Part shown: positions 15,969-24,067 of the stretch, in pieces
How the letters are laid out: the number at the start of each line of letters is the position of its first letter
Numbering within the stretch: position 1 is the stretch's first letter
Assembly: GCA_036504535.1 (NCBI GenBank)
Contig: DASXUY010000059.1
Span: forward strand, 1 to 24,067
Source: Capsulimonadaceae bacterium
GTDB taxonomy: Bacteria; Armatimonadota; Armatimonadia; Armatimonadales; Capsulimonadaceae
Direction of reading: 5' to 3'
Length of the DNA: 24,067 bases
Made by a program: the position numbers and the translations under genes
Notes under the pieces: generated by a model
Seen by the model: only the letters and a program-made list of their open reading frames with translations
What the model was told of the DNA's origin: nothing
Database searches by the model: none

Positions 15969-16754
15969 CTAACCGCTAGCGCGCTGCAAGAAACTGGCGA
16001 GCAGATCGTCCAGCGTTCCATTCAGAATGCAGAAGTCGCCGGGCTCGATATCATCACGCTCCAGAAACGCGTCGAACTTATCCGCGTCAACCACCGCCGT
16101 GTCGGTTGAGTCAACCAGGCGGTCGGGTTCCATCGCGTCGCCGTGGAGCGTCACCGACATCAGGACGCGGTCAAGCCTCGAATAGCTGACGGTGAAGTAG
16201 GTGTTAGGCCAAGGAGCGTCGGCACCGAGTTCATTTTCGAACAGCCCATCACAATCTATATAGGGAGGGCAATAGAGCACCCGGGTATCGTCCAGTTCAT
16301 AGAGATAGAAGTCCGATTCCCACTCGACGGTGACCACCCGCCGGGGAGCAAAAGTCTCCTCGATGGCATACCCATCGTCCAAAATCGCCTGGTTACGTTC
16401 GCGGCGAGCAGCGACAGTCGGGGAGTTGGCATGCGGGATCTGCGCAAAGCTTGCCCAGGCGTTGATGACGCCAATGACCATAAATAGGATCGCTGGACCT
16501 GCGGGAATTCCGGGCCGAGTGGGTTCCAACGAGATCGCGAGCAAACCGCACACGGCAATCATCGCCCAAACCGCGCCCTTGACCTTTAGGCCCCACGCGG
16601 GAACAGGCGGCGGCGGTGTGGCGAGCCGCTGCCACGCTGCAACCTCCTCGGCGGTGAACGGCCGTTCGATGCTGACCATTGGTGGCGCATCAGGTGGACG
16701 CATTCGCGGAGCAGGCTTCGGTGTCGGCGGCCAATGGTCGGCGGTTTCGTTCAT
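15969..16754 (-). CDS. Paralog 3 of the Pro-rich two-TM protein family, function unknown
   Basis: MNETADHWPPTPKPAPRMRPPDAPPMVSIERPFTAEEVAAW. It is colinear with paralog 2 over the full length (AILDDGYAIEETFAPRRV, LYELDD, WPNTYFTVSYSRLDR, ILNGTLDDLLASF). An in-frame TAA 12 nt upstream fixes the ATG. Confidence 0.8.
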   Translation of the reverse strand: MNETADHWPPTPKPAPRMRPPDAPPMVSIERPFTAEEVAAWQRLATPPPPVPAWGLKVKGAVWAMIAVCGLLAISLEPTRPGIPAGPAILFMVIGVINAWASFAQIPHANSPTVAARRERNQAILDDGYAIEETFAPRRVVTVEWESDFYLYELDDTRVLYCPPYIDCDGLFENELGADAPWPNTYFTVSYSRLDRVLMSVTLHGDAMEPDRLVDSTDTAVVDADKFDAFLERDDIEPGDFCILNGTLDDLLASFLQRASG

Positions 16755-16803
16755 GGATGACGATTACGCCAATTAGATGCGTATTCCTCCCGTCACAGCG
16801 AGC

Positions 16804-16830
16804 AGACCCCGCTGGCCGACAGCGGGGTCT
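16804..16830 (-). terminator. 11-bp perfect hairpin downstream of the catalase gene
   Basis: AGACCCCGCTG (16804-16814) pairs with CAGCGGGGTCT (16820-16830), 5-nt loop, 26 nt after the katE stop. There is no clear U-run. Confidence 0.45.
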
Positions 16831-16855
16831 TCGTAGGCGCATGGCTTGCGGTCCG

Positions 16856-19063
16856 TCAGGCTGTCACTTCGTCGACCAGCGGGCGGCCCCAGTGGCGCTT
16901 AGGGATCGACTCGACGAATGACGACACGTCGCCCGCCAGTTCGGTCACCCCAAAGGACGCCAGGTTGGCAATATCGGCGCCTGCGGGCAGAGCCTTGGCG
17001 ACGAGACTCGCTGCGTCCGTAGCATACGCGATTGCCTTGGCGTGCTTGTACGTCTCCGCGATAAACACGGCCGGGTCACCCATCTTGAGCAGCGCGGCAA
17101 CCGAGTCGGCGCCGCCGGGTACGTATACCGCGTCGTACAAGACCGACGCCGTATTGGCGTAAGTCTTCTTCGCCTCAAGCGTCGCCCCATTGGCGCCTTC
17201 GATTGCCCCCAGGTGTGGACCGACAACCTCGGCAACTCCACCCTCGTCGGCGATGGCTGCGATTACGGCGGCGACCTGAGCGGTGTCGACACCCTTCGCG
17301 ATGAGGATCGCCACCTTGCGCCCCTTGACGCTCGCCGGTTGACCCGCTTCCATGCTGAGTGCGCTTGACTGCTGAAGCCCACCCGACGCTGTCGTGTCGG
17401 AGACGGCATCGGCGAGCAGTTGCGTCTCGTCAGGCTTATCAGCGCTACCGCCCGGCTTGGCCTTCGCGGGTTCCGTGCCTATGGTCTCGCCTAGTGCAGC
17501 CGCGACCTGTGCGGCCAGCGTCCCGTTGATCTTCTCAAGGTGACCGAGCATGCGAACACGCACCTCGCGGGTCTCCACTTTGCTTAGTTCGAACTGAAGC
17601 GCCTTGACGATATGCTCCTTCTCGGGTGCGCTCATGCTGTTCCAAAACAGGCGCGCCTGGCCATAGTGGTCGCCAAAGCTGTTGCTTCGGACGCGTACTT
17701 TCGCCCCCGTCACCTGCTGCGTATGGCTCACAATGCCTGGACCGACAGGGTTCACCTCGTCGGGCGAGTGGCCGTCAAGCGACGCGGGAGCATACGACAC
17801 CCGCCCCTTGTTAATCGTGTAGCGCATCTGACCGTCCCGCTGGTTGTTGGAGAACGGACACACGGATCGGTTGATCGGCAGTTCTGTGAAGTTCGGCGTC
17901 CCGAGGCGGCTCAGCTGTGTGTCCTGATACGAGAAGTTCCTGGCTGCCAGCAGCGGGTCGTCGCTAAAGTCGATCCCGGGAACGATATTAGTCGTGCTGA
18001 ATGCCACCTGCTCCGTTTCCGCGAAGTAGTTGTCAGGGTTCCGATTGAGCGTCATCCGTCCGATGCGCCGTACCGGAATGAGCTCTTCGGGCCATAGCTT
18101 GGTGGCATCGAGCACATCGAAGTCGAACTGCCCCTCGTCGCCGTCGGGGATGGTCTGGATCGCAAGGTCCCACTCGAAGAAGTTACCCGCCGCGATCGAG
18201 TCCCACATGTCCCGGCGGTGGAAGTCCGGGTCCTTGCCCGCGATCTTCTGCGCCTCGTCCCACACGAGCGAATGAGCGCCCGCCACCGGCTTCCAGTGGA
18301 ACTTGACGAACGTCGCTTTACCCTCGGCATTGATGAGCTTGAACGTGTGAACTCCAAACCCTTCCATGGTCGAGAATGATCGCGGCAGAGTTCGGTCGCT
18401 CATGATCCACATCAGCATGTGCATCGATTCGGGGGTCAGCGAGATGAAGTCGTAGAACGTGTCGTGGGCGGTTGCCGCCTGTGGGATCTCGTTGTTAGGC
18501 TCGGGCTTCGCAGCGTGAATGAGGTCAGGAAACTTGATCCCGTCCTGTATAAAGAAGACCGGTATGTTGTTGCCGACCAGGTCCCAGTTGCCTTCCTGGG
18601 TGTACAACTTGACGGCAAACCCGCGTACATCTCGGGCGGTGTCCGCCGAACCGCGCGAGCCGGCGACCGTGGAGAAGCGTACGAACACGGGCGTCTCGAC
18701 CGACGTGTCCGTGAGCACCTTCGCCGTCGTCAGTTCGCTCAGCGACTCGGTCAGCTTGAACACGCCGTGGGCAGCGGCACCGCGTGCGTGGACGATCCGC
18801 TCGGGGATCCTCTCGTGGTCGAAATGCTGCAGCTTCTCGCGGAGCACAAAGTCCTCAAGAAGCGCTGGGCCGCGCTCCCCTGCCCTGAGCGTGTTCTGGT
18901 CGGTGCTAACAGGCTGACCGAGATTGGTTGTGAGCGGCGCATCATCAGTCGTCGTCAAGGCTGCCAGCTGCGCGTCCTTCGACGTTGCCTGCGGCGCGGC
19001 TCCAACTACATGCTCGGTGTTCTTGTTTGGCGGAGTGGTTGACAAGGTAAGGGTCTCCTTCAA
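16856..19063 (-). CDS. katE: Large-subunit (HPII-type, clade 2) monofunctional catalase with a C-terminal DJ-1/PfpI-like domain
   Basis: Contains FDHERIPERIVHARGAAAHG (distal His region), VRFSTVAG, and RNFSYQDTQLSRLG (proximal Tyr region). An extra ~150-aa C-terminal domain is present (KVAILIAKGVD...YDAVYVPGG). There is no in-frame ATG near the 5' end, so the start is TTG at 19063 or, more likely, TTG at 19045, 9 nt after AAGGAG. Confidence 0.9.
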   Translation of the reverse strand: MKETLTLSTTPPNKNTEHVVGAAPQATSKDAQLAALTTTDDAPLTTNLGQPVSTDQNTLRAGERGPALLEDFVLREKLQHFDHERIPERIVHARGAAAHGVFKLTESLSELTTAKVLTDTSVETPVFVRFSTVAGSRGSADTARDVRGFAVKLYTQEGNWDLVGNNIPVFFIQDGIKFPDLIHAAKPEPNNEIPQAATAHDTFYDFISLTPESMHMLMWIMSDRTLPRSFSTMEGFGVHTFKLINAEGKATFVKFHWKPVAGAHSLVWDEAQKIAGKDPDFHRRDMWDSIAAGNFFEWDLAIQTIPDGDEGQFDFDVLDATKLWPEELIPVRRIGRMTLNRNPDNYFAETEQVAFSTTNIVPGIDFSDDPLLAARNFSYQDTQLSRLGTPNFTELPINRSVCPFSNNQRDGQMRYTINKGRVSYAPASLDGHSPDEVNPVGPGIVSHTQQVTGAKVRVRSNSFGDHYGQARLFWNSMSAPEKEHIVKALQFELSKVETREVRVRMLGHLEKINGTLAAQVAAALGETIGTEPAKAKPGGSADKPDETQLLADAVSDTTASGGLQQSSALSMEAGQPASVKGRKVAILIAKGVDTAQVAAVIAAIADEGGVAEVVGPHLGAIEGANGATLEAKKTYANTASVLYDAVYVPGGADSVAALLKMGDPAVFIAETYKHAKAIAYATDAASLVAKALPAGADIANLASFGVTELAGDVSSFVESIPKRHWGRPLVDEVTA

Positions 19064-19195
19064 AGGTTTGGATTAGTGGCCCCGCAGGTTTACCCATATG
19101 AGATTAGGTCAACAACATCGACATGGCGAGCGGCGCAAACAGGTATCTAAACCGTTACCCAAGATGGCTCCGGAGGCAGGTGCCAGCAGCGTGCT

Positions 19196-19843
19196 CTACC
19201 CGCCGGACGTGCCCCGGTGAAGCTGATCGTACGCGACGAGGCTCATGATGGGGCGGCACGCGTGCCCCTTGTTGTAACGCCGGGTGACCGCGGCGATCTC
19301 GTCTGCCCGGATGGTTGGGTCGCGCCACTCACGCCGAGGGCGAGCCTTACTGGCGAGGCCGCGATAGCCGTGGATAAAGCTGCCGATCTGCTGCAGGTTC
19401 TCCGGGTTGCTTGTCGGCGTCCCGGGCCACACGCAGTGAATGTGCGGGCCAATGCCAGCAGGGCCGCCTGGAGCCCGTGGGCCGCGATGCCAGGCGGCGA
19501 TCCCCTGAAGGCGCAGCTTCCGCGTGTCGGCGTCGGCGTTTCGCAGCGGATCGATCAGGACGTCGAACGCGCATCCAAATGGGTGGCCATCAACCCTTCC
19601 CGATGCCCTGTGGGTTGAGCCGCTAAACCATGACGACTTGTTGCCCGCGCTCACCACCTGCCCCACCCGATCCAGTCCGCCGGGGCCAAGCGCGCGCACG
19701 ATAGCGTTCGCCGTGCCAGGCGGAAGCTGCTGTAGCATCGGATTGGGCGGCCCAACGCCAGCGCTACGAAACAGAATGACCAGTGCCACTGTACAAATGA
19801 CTATTGCGGCTATAAGCCATGGAGTTCGCTTTCGGTTTCTCAT
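19196..19843 (-). CDS. Membrane-anchored or secreted protein with LAS/M15-like zinc-peptidase motifs (putative cell-wall peptidase)
   Basis: N-terminal signal anchor (RKRTPWLIAAIVICTVALVILF). GHPFGCAFD fits H-x6-D / HxxGxAxD, and GPHIHCVW supplies H-x-H, the LAS-family metal ligand pattern. The call rests on short motifs only. Confidence 0.4.
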   Translation of the reverse strand: MRNRKRTPWLIAAIVICTVALVILFRSAGVGPPNPMLQQLPPGTANAIVRALGPGGLDRVGQVVSAGNKSSWFSGSTHRASGRVDGHPFGCAFDVLIDPLRNADADTRKLRLQGIAAWHRGPRAPGGPAGIGPHIHCVWPGTPTSNPENLQQIGSFIHGYRGLASKARPRREWRDPTIRADEIAAVTRRYNKGHACRPIMSLVAYDQLHRGTSGG

Positions 19844-19981
19844 AATGTAACCAAGACCCTACCAGCAGCCAATTATGGCCGCGATAGGCAATCCGATACA
19901 ACAACGCCCTAATGCGATACAATCGTTCCAGATGCGAGTTTGCTACACTGAACCGTGCACCACCTTGCCTCAGGAGCCGTT

Positions 19982-21682
19982 ATGAGCCTACCCCACGATA
20001 TCTGGCACACTATAGACACACCTTCCTCGGCGATCCAGCAGGCCAGCGGCACGCTGGTTGGCGGCGTCATTGGGCACCGCATCGACATTACGTGGCGGAA
20101 CAACCTCCTCCAGCTCGACTGGACCAACGACTTCCTTCGCCCGTTTATCGAAAAGCGCGGTACTGGCGGCGAGTATGTCGGAATGGGCAAGACCCTGGAT
20201 GGGCTTATCAAATTGGCCCACCACACGAACGCGCCCGAACTCGCCGCGTTACGGCACGACGTCCTCACAAAGCTCATTGGCGCACAGCTTCCTGACGGCT
20301 ACCTTGGCACGTACGAGCCAGCAGCTCGCGTGACGAAGGTATGGGACGTTCACGAAATGTCCTATGTCCTCTACGCCCTCATCACCGACTGGAAGCTATT
20401 CCATGAGCAATCATCACTCGACGCCGCCATTCGCCTGGGCGACTACCTTCTTACCTCGCTCACACCCGATGCGTTTTCGCAAATCGCCAGCAATGGTCTC
20501 TGCCCCGAATTGAGCCTTATCGGTCTCGACAGGGCGTTGTTGGCCCTGCACAGCGCCACGGGCGACACCAGACCGCTCCGTTTCGTGGTCGATACCCTGC
20601 ATCTGCCTACGTGGGACCTTCCCATTGTCGAAGGGCGCCACGGCAAAATCGAGGGGCACGCGTACGCGTTCCTGACTCGCTGCGTCGCCCAAATCGAGCT
20701 GTACCACCTGACGGGCGACGTGCGCCTTCTCGCCCAAACACGCGCCGCCATGAGCTTTCTGCTCGAGTCGGGCGGCCTGGTCATAACCGGCGCCTGCGGC
20801 ATGAGCGAATGCTGGCACCACGACCAAACCGGCTCCGGCGAGTTGGGCGAAACATGCACCACGGCGTACCAGATCCGTCTTTACGATAACCTGCTCCGGA
20901 TGGACGGTTCTGCGCTCTACGGCGACCTCATGGAGGTCGCAATCTACAACACCCTCTTCGCGGCACAGTCGCCCGACGGTCGGCAGTTGCGCTATTACAC
21001 CCCATTCGATGGCCAGCGCAAGTATTGGGACCGCGACACATACTGCTGCCCCAGCAATTACCGGCGCATCGTCGCCGAGCTGCCGGGCATGATCGCCTAC
21101 ACCGGCGAACACGGCGTCCTGGTCAATCTCTACACAGAGAGCAATATCAATGCCACCCTCGCAGGCAGTTCGATCAGCCTAACGCAAGAAAGCAACTACC
21201 CGGCGTCGGGAGATGTGCGGCTCGTCATCGGCACCGAATCCCCGCAGCTGTTCGCAGTCAACCTCCGCATTCCATCCTGGTGCAACTCGTTCACAGTGTC
21301 TGTCAACGGCGACAGCGTCGCGTCCACGACTCTCGATGGCATCGCTCAAATAGAACGGACCTGGCAAGACGGCGACGAGATCACGCTCCGACTGGATATG
21401 CCGTGGCGGACCGTTGAAGGCTTCGCGACCCAGGCGGGCAAGGTCGCCGTCATGCGCGGCCCTGTGCTATACGCCCTGGATCCGGCGGCGAACAACCTCT
21501 CAGAAACGGATATCGCCAACTTGCGTCTCGACACTCAACCCCTGCAGTCGCTTCCTCAGACCGATTTGCTCGTAGAGATTCCTGCAGCGAGCGCAACCAT
21601 GTGCGTTCCCTCGCGCAGACAAGTTCTCCTCACTCCGTTCACCGCCCCGAGCAACACAATCACCTACTTCTCGCCTATTTAG
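19982..21682 (+). CDS. Glycoside hydrolase family 127-like protein (DUF1680, beta-L-arabinofuranosidase family)
   Basis: GETCTTAYQIRL (Glu-x-Cys) and TYCCPSNYRR (Cys-Cys) resemble the Zn/catalytic cysteine cluster of the HypBA1 family. The start is set at ATG 19982, 5 nt after AGGAG. The track start at 19955 is GTG. Confidence 0.65.
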   Translation: MSLPHDIWHTIDTPSSAIQQASGTLVGGVIGHRIDITWRNNLLQLDWTNDFLRPFIEKRGTGGEYVGMGKTLDGLIKLAHHTNAPELAALRHDVLTKLIGAQLPDGYLGTYEPAARVTKVWDVHEMSYVLYALITDWKLFHEQSSLDAAIRLGDYLLTSLTPDAFSQIASNGLCPELSLIGLDRALLALHSATGDTRPLRFVVDTLHLPTWDLPIVEGRHGKIEGHAYAFLTRCVAQIELYHLTGDVRLLAQTRAAMSFLLESGGLVITGACGMSECWHHDQTGSGELGETCTTAYQIRLYDNLLRMDGSALYGDLMEVAIYNTLFAAQSPDGRQLRYYTPFDGQRKYWDRDTYCCPSNYRRIVAELPGMIAYTGEHGVLVNLYTESNINATLAGSSISLTQESNYPASGDVRLVIGTESPQLFAVNLRIPSWCNSFTVSVNGDSVASTTLDGIAQIERTWQDGDEITLRLDMPWRTVEGFATQAGKVAVMRGPVLYALDPAANNLSETDIANLRLDTQPLQSLPQTDLLVEIPAASATMCVPSRRQVLLTPFTAPSNTITYFSPI

Positions 21683-21811
21683 CCCTTCCACATCGATCCA
21701 AAGACTGCGTTCAAAAAAACCTCAGTAATACACTTGAAGTTCGGCTGCTAAATGCCCGATAATTAACGTAGAACTGGACAACGCAGTCCCGATGGAAGTG
21801 CCCCCGAAATA

Positions 21812-24067
21812 ATGGCCAGCCTCGCACAGAACGAAACAGAACGCCTTGCCACCCTTCGCAGCTGCAACATTCTCGACACCAACCGCGAGGAGGTGTTCGA
21901 CGATATTACCCAGATGGCGGCGGCACTCTGCGGCACCCCCATCGCAGCAATCACCCTCATTGATCACGGTCGATTCTGGTTCAAGTCTACTGTGGGCATC
22001 GAGGTGCAGGAAACAACCCGCGATATCCCCTTCTGCGCTCACACGATCCTCAGCGAGGACATCCTTGTCGTACCTGATGCCAGCCTCGACCCTCGCTTCG
22101 CCGAGAGCGACCTCGTTTCCGGCAAGCAGCATATACGCTTCTATGCCGGCGCCCCTTTAGTAACGTCTGACAGGCAGGCGCTCGGCACCCTGTGCGTCGT
22201 CGATGTGGTTCCGCGCAAGATTACCCCTGATCAAGAACGAGCCCTACGCACGCTTGCACGCCATGCGACTGCGATGATCGAACTTCGGCGGTCCATGAAC
22301 GCCGAAAAGCGTCTCGTTGACGAGCGCGCTAAGATCGAGCGAGTCCTTGAAGGCACCGAAGGCAAGTTCCGCGCGGCTATCGACTCCATGCAGGAAGGCT
22401 TCACCATTGTCAACAGTAGTGGCGCCATTATTCTGTGCAACCCGCAAGCCGCAGCCATCCTGGGCCTTAGCGAGGCCGAAATCACAGGCCGCACCACCCG
22501 TGACCATCGCTGGCAGCCAGTCACCGAGCATTTCGAAGAGCTCCCGCCGGATCGTCACCCGTCGATGCTTACACTTGCCGATGGCCAGCCCTGCAACGGC
22601 TTCGTCGTCGGCATGAACCACCCAAGCGGCGAGCTGCGCTGGATCAGCGTTAACACATCCCTTGTTCAGCAGCCGTCAACAGCCCCAGAAGACCGACTGG
22701 TGGTTTGCACATTCAGCGACATCACGGACCGAAAACGAGAAGAGTTCGATCTGGCGCGACTGGCGGCAGTCATCGAGTCTTCGAAGGACGCGATTGTGAC
22801 CACGACGGTTGACGGCATGATCACCTCGTGGAATGCAGGCGCCGAAGCGCTGCTGGGATACACAGCCGACGAGATGATCGGCACTCAAATGTCCAATCTC
22901 TCCCCCGACGACGAGCACCGCTCGTTCATTCGCGGTGTCCGAATATCGCTTGCCAAAGGCGGCAGTGAGCCGCCGTTTGTCAGCCAGCGTCGCGCGAAGG
23001 ACGGAACGCTGATCGACGTCTCCGTTCAGATGTCCCCGGTCCGCGACAGCCTTGGCCGGATCATCGGCATCTCCGGAGTTGTGCGCGATATCCGTGAGCA
23101 AAAGGCACTAATGGAAAGCCTGCGCAAAAGCGAAGACATGCTCTCGGAAGCCCAAATGCTGGCTGGACTCGGCTGCTGGGACTACAATGTGGCGACTAAG
23201 ACGCTCATTTGGTCCGATCAGATGTATACAATTGTCGGCGGAGACTCTGCCAGCCAAATACCAAGTCCAGAGTCATTCTTCGCGATGATTCACCCCGACG
23301 ACCAGGCTCTCGTTCGCCGTCAATGGAAGCACGCAGTCGAAAGCGGGACGGGCTACGACTCAGAGCGTCGTGTTATCCTGGCCGACGGTACTGTTATTTG
23401 GGTTCATGTGCGCACAAAGGTCGACAGGGATGACGGTGTCGTCAGCCGCATTTACGGCACCATGCTCGATATCACCGAGCGCAAGCGCAACGAACACGAG
23501 ATCGCCGACTATACTGTGGCCCTGCGCTACCAGATGGGTGCGCTCGAAGTGGTCAACAAGAAGCTCGCGGAGCTTTCCGTGACCGACGGCCTTACTGGCC
23601 TTAGCAACCACCGCGCCCTGCAGGAACGGCTACTGAGCGAGTTCCACCGCGCGCAACGCCACAAGACGCCGCTATCGGTGGTGATGATCGATGTCGACCG
23701 GTTCAAGGACTACAACGACGGTTTCGGTCACCCTGCTGGCGACGAGGTACTTAAGGACGTCGCCGCGATTATCCACAGCTGTACCCGCGAGACAGACATG
23801 GCGGCCCGTTACGGCGGCGAAGAGTTCGTCCTGGTACTTCCACACACTGACGAAGAAGGCGCCTACGCCCTCGCTGAACGGATCCGCCACAAGGTGGAGC
23901 AGCATACGTGGAAGCGACGCACTGTGACGATCAGTGTAGGGTGCGCGTCCCTCGACGAGTATACAGCGGAGTATTCGACGCTGATCGCCGAAGCCGATGC
24001 CGCCATGTACACGTCCAAGCAATCCGGCCGCAACTGCGTGTCGGTAGCCGCGAAAGCTGCGGCGTAG
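21812..24067 (+). CDS. GAF-PAS-PAS-PAS-GGDEF diguanylate cyclase
   Basis: N-terminal GAF-like region (ERLATLRSCNILDTNREEVFDDITQMAAALCGTPIAAITLID). Three PAS-like segments, two followed by DITDRK/DITERK. The C-terminal GGDEF domain has RYGGEEF and an RETD (RxxD) I-site five residues upstream. The TAG stop is at 24065-24067. Confidence 0.9.
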   Translation: MASLAQNETERLATLRSCNILDTNREEVFDDITQMAAALCGTPIAAITLIDHGRFWFKSTVGIEVQETTRDIPFCAHTILSEDILVVPDASLDPRFAESDLVSGKQHIRFYAGAPLVTSDRQALGTLCVVDVVPRKITPDQERALRTLARHATAMIELRRSMNAEKRLVDERAKIERVLEGTEGKFRAAIDSMQEGFTIVNSSGAIILCNPQAAAILGLSEAEITGRTTRDHRWQPVTEHFEELPPDRHPSMLTLADGQPCNGFVVGMNHPSGELRWISVNTSLVQQPSTAPEDRLVVCTFSDITDRKREEFDLARLAAVIESSKDAIVTTTVDGMITSWNAGAEALLGYTADEMIGTQMSNLSPDDEHRSFIRGVRISLAKGGSEPPFVSQRRAKDGTLIDVSVQMSPVRDSLGRIIGISGVVRDIREQKALMESLRKSEDMLSEAQMLAGLGCWDYNVATKTLIWSDQMYTIVGGDSASQIPSPESFFAMIHPDDQALVRRQWKHAVESGTGYDSERRVILADGTVIWVHVRTKVDRDDGVVSRIYGTMLDITERKRNEHEIADYTVALRYQMGALEVVNKKLAELSVTDGLTGLSNHRALQERLLSEFHRAQRHKTPLSVVMIDVDRFKDYNDGFGHPAGDEVLKDVAAIIHSCTRETDMAARYGGEEFVLVLPHTDEEGAYALAERIRHKVEQHTWKRRTVTISVGCASLDEYTAEYSTLIAEADAAMYTSKQSGRNCVSVAAKAAA

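Overview
About 24 kb of chromosome from a high-GC flagellated bacterium. Hand-sampled 60-nt lines in core genes are about 60-67 % GC, and the taxon cannot be assigned from sequence alone. Gene order, left to right: the 3' end of a flagellin gene, then flaG-fliD-fliS and a small helical ORF (late flagellar operon, + strand). Next come metY-metX (direct-sulfhydrylation methionine pathway, - strand), a vapBC-type PIN toxin/antitoxin pair, and a decayed second antitoxin copy. A visibly AT-richer islet (about 40-45 % GC) follows. It carries a single gene for a TIR-domain protein with a long C-terminal region I cannot assign, then about 0.8 kb of structured non-coding DNA with a near-consensus sigma70 promoter. 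After that come canonical mutS, three tandem paralogous genes for proline-rich two-TM proteins of unknown function, and a large-subunit (HPII-type) catalase. The window ends with a small membrane-anchored protein with LAS/M15-like zinc-peptidase motifs, a GH127-like glycoside hydrolase, and a GAF-PAS-PAS-PAS-GGDEF diguanylate cyclase. A family of intergenic repeats (four copies, about 55-210 nt) is scattered through the accessory part. The best candidates for something undescribed are the orphan TIR gene with its adjacent non-coding region, and the triplicated membrane-protein array. All functional calls rest on motif recognition by eye; no database search was possible.
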